Source: Amphiscolops sp. MND2022 (lineage: Eukaryota). Taken from it: a DNA stretch of 64,000 nucleotides. The stretch spans positions 86,244,001 through 86,308,000 of the forward strand of contig OZ076409.1 of NCBI GenBank assembly GCA_964187785.1. Reading direction: 5' to 3'. The position numbers were made by a program, and so were the translations under genes. Shown in pieces: positions 22,501-35,300 of this stretch. The first letter of the stretch is position 1, and every line of letters starts with the position of its first letter. The notes under the pieces are model-generated. The model saw nothing but the letters and a program-made list of their open reading frames with translations. It was not told where the DNA came from and made no database searches.

Positions 22501-24559
22501 AAAACAACACTGCCGCAGACTATTTGTCCCGACTCGAAATCTCTCCAAAAGAAAAATTGATCCTCAGGATAAGAGAAGATATTCCAACAACACCGATTGA
22601 ACTACATGTCCAATCGGCGGGAGTGTCAGAAGAAGAACAAATTTTCTACACGGATGACGACGACGAGACGGAAGAACAAATCCTACAACGCAAAAAGGAC
22701 GCTAGAGCCCACCCAGCACATCAACTACCAGATATCTCATTCGAAAAAGTCACAACACACAAAAGCCAATACCACAAACTTTCCACAATCCAAAAAGTAA
22801 CCAGCATAAACTCTATAGCAGTCGATCAAAACAACGACATTATTTTACAACAACTACGACTCAAAATACTCAAAGAAAATTACTCAGAGTCCATACTAAT
22901 GCAAGACAATCGATACCAACATTACTGTCACCAAATGGACCGACTGTCCGTTACAGATGAAATCATCACCAGGCAGTATTTTGATGACACAGGGTCAGTT
23001 AAATACAATCAGGTGCTCTTGCCAAAACATTTAGTCGCAGAACTCCTTGAATCCTTACATGGGAAAGCAACTAAACACCCAGGCAAATCCAAGATGCTTA
23101 TCGAAATTCGACAAAAGTATTATTACCCAGGAATTGCGAAAATTGTCAAAAAATGGGTTCAGGGATGTGAAATTTGTATCAAGGACAAACGAATTCCCAA
23201 TTCATCCATTACCCCTGAACTCCTCAATTTGCCTGAATGGGACCTTGGACCAGAAGATGCAATGCAAATTGATTTGTTACCAAACTTACCACCAAGTGCC
23301 GGATACGAAAATATCATCACTGCAAGGGATGTGTTTTCAAGATATCTTTTTGCCTATCCAGTCACGGACGCTTCGGCCATAAATACGGCAAAAATCATCA
23401 TTGATATGATGACCAAGCACACCTATTTGCTCACTACCTTGATTACAGACAAAGGAACGGCCTTCACGTCCCAGTTGGTGGCTGAGATCGCTCAAATTTT
23501 GGGAATCCAACTGAAATGCGCGACTACAAAACTTCCACAAACCATTGGCAAACTTGAGCGAACACACGCCAGCCTCAAAACAAACTTAAAAATGGCCTCA
23601 GGGGACTATAGGCGACAATGGCATAAATATCTACCTTTAGCTGTCCTAAATTATAATACGACGTATCACGCCACCCTGGGCTGCGAACCAACCAGAATTT
23701 TTCATGGACGTATTCCATATACTTATCTTGATCACAAATTGGGACATAATCCGAACCCCAAGGTCCTTCCGACTACAGATTTTGCAGATGAATTTCAAAG
23801 ACGAACACAAATACTGATGGACTCCACGAAGAAAAACATCATGCAATCCTATTTGAAATACAAGGAATACTATGATCGCAAGGCAAAAGCAGCACCTTTG
23901 AAACTAAATGACTATTGTTTTATATTACAACCTATTGCTGACCACCAAGGATCAAAAAAACCGTTTCGCGAATATCGGTGGACTGGACCCTACATAGTAG
24001 AAAAGGTATTACCGAATGAGAATTACATTGTCAGAAAACTTAATTCCAATAAAACACAGATCCTACACCGTATCAGATTGCGTAAATACGAACCGAACAC
24101 CGATCTACAAGATATTCGACCGGAAGGCAACTTGCAACAGGACGACGAAATTGTTATTCCGCAAGACGACTTGTACGTTATTACGTGGGAAACAACTTTG
24201 GAGAATTTCCCAATTCGGCCGAAAAAACCACATTTCCTACGAACCTAGACGCCACAGACGCTTCTAATGACCTCGTGGATGTTGACAGCTCGCCAGGAGA
24301 AGTTTTCACTGACGTGGACCTCGGGTCCACCGGGCCACACCAAAATAACGACGTTGATATGACCGAACAAACGTGCCCGGACTGCCTTACTGACCAGACT
24401 GATGATCAACAATCATCAGGAGGGAGAGATACTATCGTGCCCGAAGTATCAGACGATGAAAATGATGATGTGATTGTAGACAATAAAAGCCCCAGGGGAG
24501 GAAGATATAACCTTCGTCCTAACCCCACCCCCAACTTTACTGATGAATACAGATACTAG
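19513..24559 (+). pseudogene. pol: pol copy 1 (protease, dUTPase-like segment, RT, RNase H, integrase) with stops and frameshifts
   Basis: LVDTGA protease; YVDD RT; MTDAS RNase H; HHCC, DDE (MQIDLL, ITDKG, KLERTH) and GPY integrase motifs. Confidence 0.95.
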
Positions 24560-24702
24560 TCAGACATTTAAATTACAGTCCCACTGCCAAAGAATAAATA
24601 GTATCTTTTTGGGACTCGACTGACTACTAAACCAAACAACTTGACTAAAATAGACAAACAATAAATAAGAAACTGAAGAGTATTTACAAAGCAGTCTAAG
24701 GT

Positions 24703-27700
24703 CACAATGGGCCTGACAACGAATTTCACCGTGTGGGACCACAAGTCTCTCTGGCTACAGCAGTTGCCGCGCGCTTCGTGAACACCCTAATCACGAGGAC
24801 TAGCGAACCAGACTATGTACCGCTGACAACCAATCTTGGCCTTAAATACAAACGACGAATGCTCTATTTTCCGATGGATTTTGGCGAACTAACATTAGAT
24901 GGCCTTGTAGACACGGGAGCTCTATCTAGCGCAATCCCAGAAGCTGACCTACGTAAAATCCGATTATTAGCCCCTCAGTCTAGTGTCAAAGAGGGCCCGG
25001 CTCCCAACTTCCAAATTATGGTTGCTAATGGGCAGCTGGAGACTCCGAAGAGCACAGTTGAGCTGAAGTTTGAAGTTGGCGACATAGAATTCCACGAGAT
25101 ATTCATAGTCATGGAAAAACTCACTAGCCCATTGATTGGTCTTTCCTTTCTTCAAAGGAATAACACCATTCTGGACATGCGACAAGGCACTAACGTCATG
25201 GAACCCATTTGCATTAGAGAGGATGTAACCATCCCACCTAATGACCGACACTCGGTCCAGCTGGCCTCACAACTGTACAAAGACACTACAGTTACCGGGA
25301 TCCTTCAACCGAGCAACACGCTTACAGATGATGGTGACATCGCTTTCTGTGCTGCTCTAGTCACATTGACCAATGGTCAAGTTTCGGTTCATCTGAACAA
25401 CTTTACCGACAGTCCGTATACCCTCAAAAGAGGCACACAGGTTGCTAATTTCACTATCCTTACACCATAACAGATGAAATATGTCAAACCCATTGACCCA
25501 GTGACCGCATGGCACCTCTTGCAGAACAATCCTGAAAATGCTGCTTACTATGCAAGTAGCTTGATCAAGTCTAATAGACCTGAGGATTTCAAGGAAAATT
25601 ACTGGTTTCCAACACCAGAGGACCCTGGGGACCCTCGGCATCATACGCCGATCCAGAAACGGATTTTATCAGAACTCATCAACCTTCAGGAATTAGAGCA
25701 ACTTAATCCTCAGGATGACCCTGAGTCCAGACAACAATTTTTGTCCAATTTTGATTGGACAGATTCTATGCTACAACCAGCTGAAATAGCTCGCATAGAA
25801 GATTTACTTGTCGAATTTCACGACATATTCGCAAGACACCGATTCGACATAGGCATGAACGAGGACTTCAAGGTCAAACTGACGCCGAAAGACGATTTCC
25901 CAGCCTATAGTCAGAGTTTGCCAACGCCAATCAATCTCAAAGAGGACATCCTTGTAGAATCGGCACTACTACATCGTTATGGGATCATTACAACACTCCC
26001 TTTTTCCAAATACGCAAGCCCAATATTTGCCCAGAAAAAACCCAATGGTAAATTGCAACTTCTAGTCGATTTGCGCAAGATTAACAATCTCATCTTGGAT
26101 GATTATATCAACAACAACCATCCAGTGAGCACACTTACCGATGCAGCCCAACATATGGCCGGGAAGAAGCTATTTTGTAAGCTAGACTGCTCCCAAGCAT
26201 ACCATTGCCTACAAATGGCGGACCAACGGTCCATTGAAATGCTTGCTTTCAATTTCGCCAGCAGAACTTTTGCGTACAGAAGATTGGCACAGGGACTCAG
26301 CAGAGCCCTATCGGCCTTCTCTAGCTTTATGCGCGAATACTTAGACAAAGTCATCAAAGCAGACCAATGCGCCCAATACGTCGATGATATTGGCATCGCT
26401 GCCAACGATGCTGAACAACTCATCAACAACCTGAGGGCCACATTCCAATGCATACAAAAAGCTGGTCTCAAGCTTACGATGCATAAATGCCATTTTGGCG
26501 CAACGGAAATCGACTTTCTGGGACGTACCATCACTCCTGCAGGAGTGAAGCCGCAGAGACCACGGGTCCCAAATTTCCTGGAAAATACCAAATTTCCAAA
26601 ATCCAAGAAAGCACTTCAACGCTACTTGGGATTCTTAAACTATTACAGGAACTACATCCCAAGGCTGTCAGAAAAACTAACACCGTTTTTCAAATTGCTT
26701 ACAAAAGATGAAAAAGTCCTGGTTACTCCGGACCTCCTGGAGAAATTCACTGAGATAAATAGGGCTCTTGACCGATGTCGTCAACTGGCACTCAAACAAC
26801 CTCTACCGAACAAGCAAGTAGCCCTTATGACCGACGCTAGCTTTTCGGCTGCAGGGTACGCAGTTCTCATCGAAGATGATCCCCTCGAGAAATATACCTC
26901 CACGAGGAAAGCTTTCGCACCAGTAGCTTACGGATCCAAGACCTTTAGTCCTACCCAATTGAAAATGTCCATCTACGCAAAGGAATTCCTGGCAATTTTC
27001 TTTGCCTTCAAGGAATTCGGACACATATTTTGGGGAACCCCGAAACCGGTGATTATACTTACAGACAACAAATCAGTCACAAGATTTTTTCAAACAAAAA
27101 TCATCCCTCCAACTCTATGAAACGCATGTGATTACGTCATTCAGTTCAACTTCACCATTGCTCACATACCTGGCAAAAACAACACTGCCGCAGACTATTT
27201 GTCCCGACTCGAAATCTCTCCAAAAGAAAAATTGATCCTCAGGATAAGAGAAGATATTCCAACAACACCGATTGAACTACATGTCTAATCGGCGGGAGTG
27301 TCAGAGGAAGAACAAATTTTCTACACGGATGACGACGACGAGACGGAAGAACAAATCCTACAATGCAAAAAGGACGCTAGAGCCCACCCAGCACATCAAC
27401 TACCAGATATCTCATTCGAAAAATTCACAACACACAAAAGCCAATACCACAAACTTTCCACAATCCAAAAACTAACCAGCATAAACTCTATAGCAGTCGA
27501 ACAAAACAACGACATTATTTTACAACAACTACGACTCAAAATACTCAAAGAAAATTACTCAGAGTCCATACTAATGCAAGACAATCGATACCAACATTAC
27601 TGTCGCCAAATGGACCGACTGTCCGTTACAGATGAAATCATCACCAGGCAGTATTTTGATGACACAGGGTCAGTTAAATACAATCAGGTGCTCTTGCCAA

Positions 27701-29235
27701 AGCATTTAGTCGCAGAACTCCTTGAATCCTTACATGGGAAAGCAACTAAACACCCAGGCATATCCAAGATGCTTATCGAAATTCGACAAAAGGATTATTA
27801 CCCAGGAATTGCGAAAATTGTCAAAAAATGGGTTCAGGGATGTGAAATTTGTATCAAGGACAAACGAATTCCCAATTCATCCATTACCCCTGAACTCCTC
27901 AATTTGCCTGAATGGGACCTTGGAGCAGAAGATGCAATGCAAATTGATTTGTTACCAAACTTACCACCAAGTGCCGGATACGAAAATATCATCGCTGCAA
28001 TGGATGTGTTTTCAAGATATCTTTTTGCCTATCCAGTCACGGACGCTTCGGCCATAAATACGGCAAAAGCCATCATTGATATGATGACCAAGCACATCTA
28101 TTTGCTCACTACCTTGATTACAGACAAAGGTACGGCCTTCACGTCCAAGTTGGTGGCTGAGATCGCTCAAATTTTGGGAATCCAACTGAAATGCGCGACT
28201 ACAAAACTTCCACGAACCATTGGCAAACTTGAGCGAACACACGCCAGCCTCAAAACAAACTTAAAAATGGCCTCAGGGGACTATAGGCGACAATGGCATA
28301 AATATCTACCTTTAGCTGTCCTAAATTATAATACGACGTATCACGCCACCCTGGGCTGCGAACCAACCAGAATTTTTCATGGACGTATTCCATATAATAT
28401 TCTTGATCACAAATTGGGACATAATCCGAACCCCAAGGTCCTTCCGACTACAGATTTTGCAGATGAATTTCAAAGACGAACACAAATACTGATGGACTCC
28501 ACGAAGAAAAACATCATGCAATCCTATTTGAAATACAAGGAATACTATGATCGCAAGGCAAAAGCAGCACCTTTGAAACTAAATGACTATTGTTTTATAT
28601 TACAACCTATTGCTGACCACCAAGGATCAAAAATATTGTTTCGCGAATACCGGTGGACTGGACCCTACATAGTAGAAAAGGTACTACCGAATGAGAATTA
28701 CATTGTCAGAAAACCAAATTCCAATAAAACACAGATCCTACACCGTATCAGATTGCGTAAATACGAACCGAACACCGATCTACAAGATATTCGACCGGAA
28801 GGCAACTTGCAACAGGACGACGAAATTGTTATTCCGCAAGACGACTTGTACGTTATTACGTGGGAAACCAACTTTGGAGAATTTCCCAATTCGGCCGAAA
28901 AAACCACATTTCCTACGAACCTAGACGCCACAGACGCTTCTAATGACCTCGTGGATGTTGACAGCTCGCCAGGAGAAATTTTCACTGACGTGGACCTCGG
29001 GTCCACCGGGCCACACCAAAATAACGACGTTGATATGACCGAACAAACGTGCCCGGACTGCCTTACTGACCAGACTGATGATCAACAATCATCAGGAGGG
29101 AGAGATACTATCGTGCCCGAAGTATCAGACGATGAAAATGATGATGTGATTGTAGACAATAAAAGCCCCAGGGGAGGAAGATATAACCTTCGTCCTAACC
29201 CCACCCCCAACTTTACTGATGAATACATATACTAG
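24703..29235 (+). pseudogene. pol: pol copy 2 (tandem duplicate of 19972-24702), with a 54-bp in-frame deletion after the protease core
   Basis: Near-identical sequence; shares TAA (20791/25468) with copy 1; own stops at 27118 and ~27286. Confidence 0.95.
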
Positions 29236-29399
29236 TCAGACATTTAAATTACGGTCCCACTGCCAAAGAATAAATAGTATCTTTTTGGGACTCGACTGAC
29301 TACTAAACCAAACAACTTGACTAAAATAGACAAACAATAAATAAAAAACTGAAGAGTATTTACAAAGGAGTCTAAGTTACAATTGTAGATATAGTACAA

Positions 29400-32300
29400 T
29401 CAACGTTTACTAGATCCAGCCACCACTCGGGACGATGATTCCGTCAGTTCTTCTTCGATCAGCAAGTGACTATGCCGTTTGCCTGGCTTGGGAACTGGGA
29501 AGGACTGCATGGGGGCTTCTTCCTCAGCTGAGTTGACCTGTGGTCCAGACTGACTGCCCGCTTCCTTTGATTCCAAATTCTCTCGAATCTGAGTCTTCCC
29601 AAAGTAGCCGACGCTGTCCCAAGGGCTATAAAGGTCACTTAAGCCAGAGTTTCCGAAAGACTGCTCCAGGGCAGGAAGCGAGACACGGACGCATCTGAAG
29701 TAAGGACATCTAACCCATGGCCGACATATTCCAGGAAGGATTGAATTGGTGCGATGACGTCGAACATTGTACTAAGTGGATCGTCAGTCCGGTGGGATCC
29801 AAACTTTACGGGTGTAAATGACATTCGAGGCTCATCAAGGCATAGGCAACTTAGGCGGAAAATCCTCCGCAAGTGGGGGCGAGACGCTAGGGATTCCTGA
29901 CTAGACACCAAATGAATGGCGTCTGCAATGAGGAGTTTTGGCTGCTGAATGTCAGGATGGAAAGATCTTATGATATCGAGGAACGACAAGTACTCCTCAG
30001 TGAAGATAGATTCCTCATCAGCCTGAAATACACCACGGAGCCGGAAACTAGTGAACAGCTGCTTACAAAGCAGTAAATCGCGTTCTCCAATGGATCGACT
30101 AGCATCACATCCAAGTCGAAGGTCCCGAGGCCCCTGACAATGTCAGAAGTAAAACGACTTAGCCCTTGAGTCCCTTTGAAAAGGAAAATCACATAGCTCC
30201 TGGCATTACGCCCGAATTCTTCTTTACAATTGGCGATAATGGTGTCCAGAGTCAGTCCTTCGTTCTTCTTCATTCCCTTCTCTGATTCAGTCTTGGACTT
30301 GCAGGCAGGGGCAATTCTAACGTCTAGCTTTGAGCGTGACAGAAAATCTGCAGTACTTAGCGCCTGGACGTCCGGATTAGAAAGATTCAGAAACTTCCGA
30401 TAGTCGCTCTCAGAGGGCAGATTAGGGGACCTGATACATCGTCGTCCCAACTTGAAGAGAAACTGGCAAAGTTCCCTGAACACATGGAACCCTCGGTCCC
30501 GTCGCTGCTTTAGGTTCACCACGAAGCTGTTGACGTAGTCCCGTACTAGTCGATAGAATAGTTCCAAACGGGCAGAAAAGAACTCGTCGTACACCAACGC
30601 CCAGTCAAGACTCTGTGGCTGTAACAACAGAAAGACAATGATTTATTTAAAGATAAATGCGACTTTCCTCAACCTTCATACACCTTGGTTTACTACAGAC
30701 TATGAGAAGTAGATTAGCTATTACGGACCACGGGTCCTTTTGACTACATAAAATGGGAGGGTCATTATAGACTTAGATTAGAGAACCAAAGAAGTCTTCT
30801 TATACTCAACTTGCTTTCGAACGCCTTGCATGCCCTGGGTGACTGAGTGTTGCGACAAATACGCAATGACCTGGGGCCAGTGTTTCAGCAATTCCTGGCA
30901 CAGGGTAGGTAGACCATTGATATCTAACTGACAAGTCCTGATCACCTACAACAAATAGTTCAATGCAGAGAAACCCTAGAGGAAAATCAACACCTAATGG
31001 AAACGAAGTTTACCTTGGATAATTCTGGGGAGAGCATCACCCATTCTTGTTCTAATCCCAGTCCCAGGGAGGCGATGAGGTGGTGTAGGATCCCGAACAT
31101 ATCAATGTGTCCAAAGACACTTGAATCTTTCTTGTGCATTAGAGACCTCAGTTGGAGTTCTTCGAAGCGCGGTGGACTCTGTACGGAAAATTGACCATAA
31201 GGGCTGTCATCCAGTAACTGTACAGTATTTGAAGTGCAGCCTGTGATGCTGATGATCTCAGGACTGGTTGATATGGCTCCCATCACACAGGAGATCTCAG
31301 CTTGGGTCTGGCCATGTGCCCTCCCAGTCCTTTTGAGGAACACTCGGCACATCTCGTTGCCCATCCAGAATCTCACGAACACCAACAAGAAGATGCCGTC
31401 ATTAGCAAATTCCAGAGCATACTCTTTGCTTGTGAGAATGTGATTTCCACCTCATTCAGAACCTCGAGGAACATGTGATGGAACAGGGCCTTAAACATGT
31501 GGCATGATCAAAATAATTGTAGGAAAATCGACCAAAGGTCCTAACGCTTATAGAACAGCTAGTTTGAAAGTTAGGTAGCTAGAACTTGGTATGGAGGATT
31601 CAATAACCCCAGTTAACATATACTAACTGTAAGACGCTCTTTAGTCCAATTGAAGTCCGTAAATAGTGCCTGGTGGTTCACTACCACTCCTATGTCCCTC
31701 CAGAAGCTACGAAGGATGTCAATATCTCCGTAGTTAGGGAGAAAGCGTCCCAGCACCGAGATCTGAATACGGGCACGGTTCTCTGAGGAGGAGGACATAT
31801 GATCTTCACCGGCCATGTACTCGTCATAAAAGGGGAGCTTTTCCCCGATGTCAACCAATTCAACGTCCTTGAAACGAGGAAGTTCGATAGCCAGCTCGTA
31901 TGGTGTTAATAGTTTTCCATCTTTACCTCTGACTTGAGGAATTCGAGTGTTCGTACAGGGGTCGAGTTTGTACAGGTACTCATACCTCCATCGTTGATCT
32001 TTTCGGAGGTGTTTCTCTGTCGAATGGTGTCTCAGAATCTCTCGGGCCCCTTTGGAATAGATGGAGATATTAGCCTTGCAAATCTGGCAGTAAAATTTGT
32101 ATTTATTCCACTTCGGGTCTACAGGGCCAGAAACAAAAGTCCTTGTCCATTCCATTCCGCGGAAGTACACTTCTTTCATGACTTTGCAAGTCCTTGTGGT
32201 CTTCACACGTGCAGAAGTGCCCCTACCAGACTGCCCTTTCCCTTTAGTTTTTGTAAACCGTTTCTTCTGTTGTCGATCTGCAACTGCTTCTTTCTTTAGT

Positions 32301-35300
32301 GCAGCAAGCGTCTGTAGTCCAGGACTGTCCAAGTTGAAAGTAGTCTGGGGGGACTGCGGGTCCGTTCGGCTAGACCCAGGTATCGGCTCAGATGGGGACT
32401 GCCCAATTTGCATTTCAGCGTCAGAATGCTCGAAAGAATATCCAAGGCTTCCGAAGTCATCGTTACTTTGCAATGCCCCACTGGTTTCGCTATACCTCTC
32501 GGTGGAAGAGGAACGATTTCTTCCTGCACTAGTAACAACAAAGAAGCCTCTTCTGGAAGAACTTCCCTTGCTGGAGTTGGTACCCCCGGGCCTGGAGGCA
32601 AGAGACAATCGGCTGGCTCGATAAACAAGATTTTCGAGCATATCATACGACGCCCTAGCGGTCTCATCTGCTACCGCTCGCATGACAGCTGAGATTTGAC
32701 TTTCAGTGAAGGCAACGACTGGATGCCCAGGTGGGAGACGGAATCGTTCACTGTTTTCAAAGTGTTCCTTGATCAGAGCTCGGCTTCTTCCGCCCAAGGG
32801 GACGTCTCTGGGTTCGCGTGGAGGGTCGAAAGGGATGCTACACTGGATTGATCACTGCACACAGGGAGGCTGCAGTCATGAACAGTCTTCAATGCGTCAG
32901 CTAGAGTTGAGCCAGCGTTTGGTCCGGACTCAGAGTCTGATGCTCGGTCAACTTCGGACCCACTTTGGTCCCCAAAGAGGGGTGGAGGTGGTAAAGGTCT
33001 GTTTGATGATGGAACTCCAGTCTGACCTGAGGTAGTGGCCACTAAGTCTCTAGGCGCTGGTTCAGTTCCGACTGAGGAACAAGAATCGGAAAGAGAACTC
33101 CGGGATCGTTTAGATGAAGGCCCAACTAGTCCTGTTTGTGAGCCATGAGTCTGAGAATCTGGAGGGTCAAAGAGTATGACCTGTGGTCGACGGGAAGACT
33201 GAATTTGTCCAGATGAGGACTGTTCGGGATTAACGGTAACTTCCATGGCTTCGCTAATGCTTTCACGCTGAGCAGCTTCAGTGACTTCAGCAAAATCTTT
33301 TGCCGCAGCTTCCTCCAATTGACTCATTTTACAGGTGATGTAAGTCCCGCAACTTTCAGTCAGGATGGAAAAATCTTATGATATCGAGGAACGACAAGTA
33401 CTCCTCAGTGAAGATAGATTCCTCATCAGCCTGAAATACACCACGGAGCCGGAAACTAGTGAACAGCTGCTTACAAAGCAGTAAATCGCGTTCTCCAATG
33501 GATCGACTAGCATCACATCCAAGTCGAAGGTCCCGAGGCCCCTGACAATGTCAGAAGTAAAGCGACTTAGCCCTTGAGTCCCTTTGAAAAGGAAAATCAC
33601 ATAGCTCCTGGCATTACGCCCGAATTCTTCTTTACAATTGGCGATAATGGTGTCCAGAGTCAGTCCTTCGTTCTTCTTCATTCCCTTCTCTGATTCAGTC
33701 TTGGACTTGCAGGCAGGGGCAATTCTAACGTCTAGCTTTGAGCGTGACAGAAAATCTGCAGTACTTAGCGCCTTGACGTCCGGATTAGAAAGATTCAGAA
33801 ACTTCCGAAAGTCGCTCTCAGAGGGCAGATTAGGGGACCTGATACATCGTCGTCCCAACTTGAAGAGAAACTGGCAAAGTTCCCTGAACACATGGAACCC
33901 TCGGTCCCGTCGCTGCTTTAGGTTCACCACGAAGCTGTTGACGTAGTCCCGTACTAGTCGATAGAATAGTTCCAAACGGGCAGAAAAGAACTCGTCGTAC
34001 ACCAACGCCCAGTCAAGACTCTGTGGCTGTAACAACAGAAAGACAATGATTTACTTAAAGATAAATGCGACTTTCCTCAACCTTCATACACCTTGGTTTA
34101 CTACAGACTATGAGAAGTAGATTAGCTATTACGGACCACGGGTCCTTTTGACTACATAAAAAGGGAGGGTCATTATAGACTTAGATTAGAGAACCAAAGA
34201 AGTCTTCTTATACTCAACTTGCTTTCGAACGCCTTGCATGCCCTGGGTGACTGAGTGTTGCGACAAATACGCAATGACCTGGGGCCAGTGTTTCAGCAAT
34301 TCCTGGCACAGGGTAGGTAGACCATTGATATCTAACTGACAAGTCCTGATCACCTACAACAAATAGTTCAATGCAGAGAAACCCTAAAGGAAATCAACAC
34401 CTAATGGAAACGAAGTTTACCTTGGATAATTCTGGGGAGAGCATCACCCATTCTTGTTCTAATCCCAGTCCCAGGGAGGCGATGAGGTGGTGTAGGATCC
34501 CGAACATATCAATGTGTCCAAAGACACTTGAATCTTTCTTGTGCATTAGAGACCTCAGTTGGAGTTCTTCGAAGCGCGGTGGACTCTGTACGGAAAATTG
34601 ACCATAAGGGCTGTCATCCAGTAACTGTACAGTATTTGAAGTGCAGCCTGTGATGCTGATGATCTCAGGACTGGTTGATATGGCTCCCATCACACAGGAG
34701 ATCAACGAGATCTCAGCTTGGGTCCGGCCATGTGCCCTCCCAGTCCTTTTGAGGAACACTCGGCACATCTCGTTGCCCATCCAGAATCTCACGAACACCA
34801 ACAAGAAGATGCCGTCATTAGCAAATTCCAGAGCATACTCGTTGCTTGTGAGAATGAGATTTCCACCTCATTCAGAACCTCGAGGAACATGTGATGGAAC
34901 AGGGCCTTAAACATGTGGCATGATCAAAATAATTGTAGGAAAATCGACCAAAGGTCCTAAAGCTTATAGAACAGCTAGTTTGAAAGTTAGGTAGCTAGAA
35001 CTTGGTATGGAGGATTCAATAACCCCAGTTAACAAATACTAACTGTAAGACGCTCTTTAGTCCAATTGAAGTCCGTAAATAGTGCCTGGTGGTTCACTAC
35101 CACTCCTATGTCCCTCCAGAAGCTACGAAGGATGTCAATATCTCCGTAGTTAGGGAGAAAGCGTCCCAGCACCGAGATCTGAATACGGGCACGGTTCTCT
35201 GAGGAGGAGGACATATGATCTGCACCGGCCATGTACTCGTCATAAAAGGGGAGCTTTTCCCCGATGTCAACCAATTCAACGTCCTTGAAACGGGGAAGTT

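Noticed and set aside
24185..24559. Chromodomain at the integrase C-terminus
   Set aside because: The tail is acidic and low-complexity, ending RYNLRPNP; no chromodomain aromatic pattern
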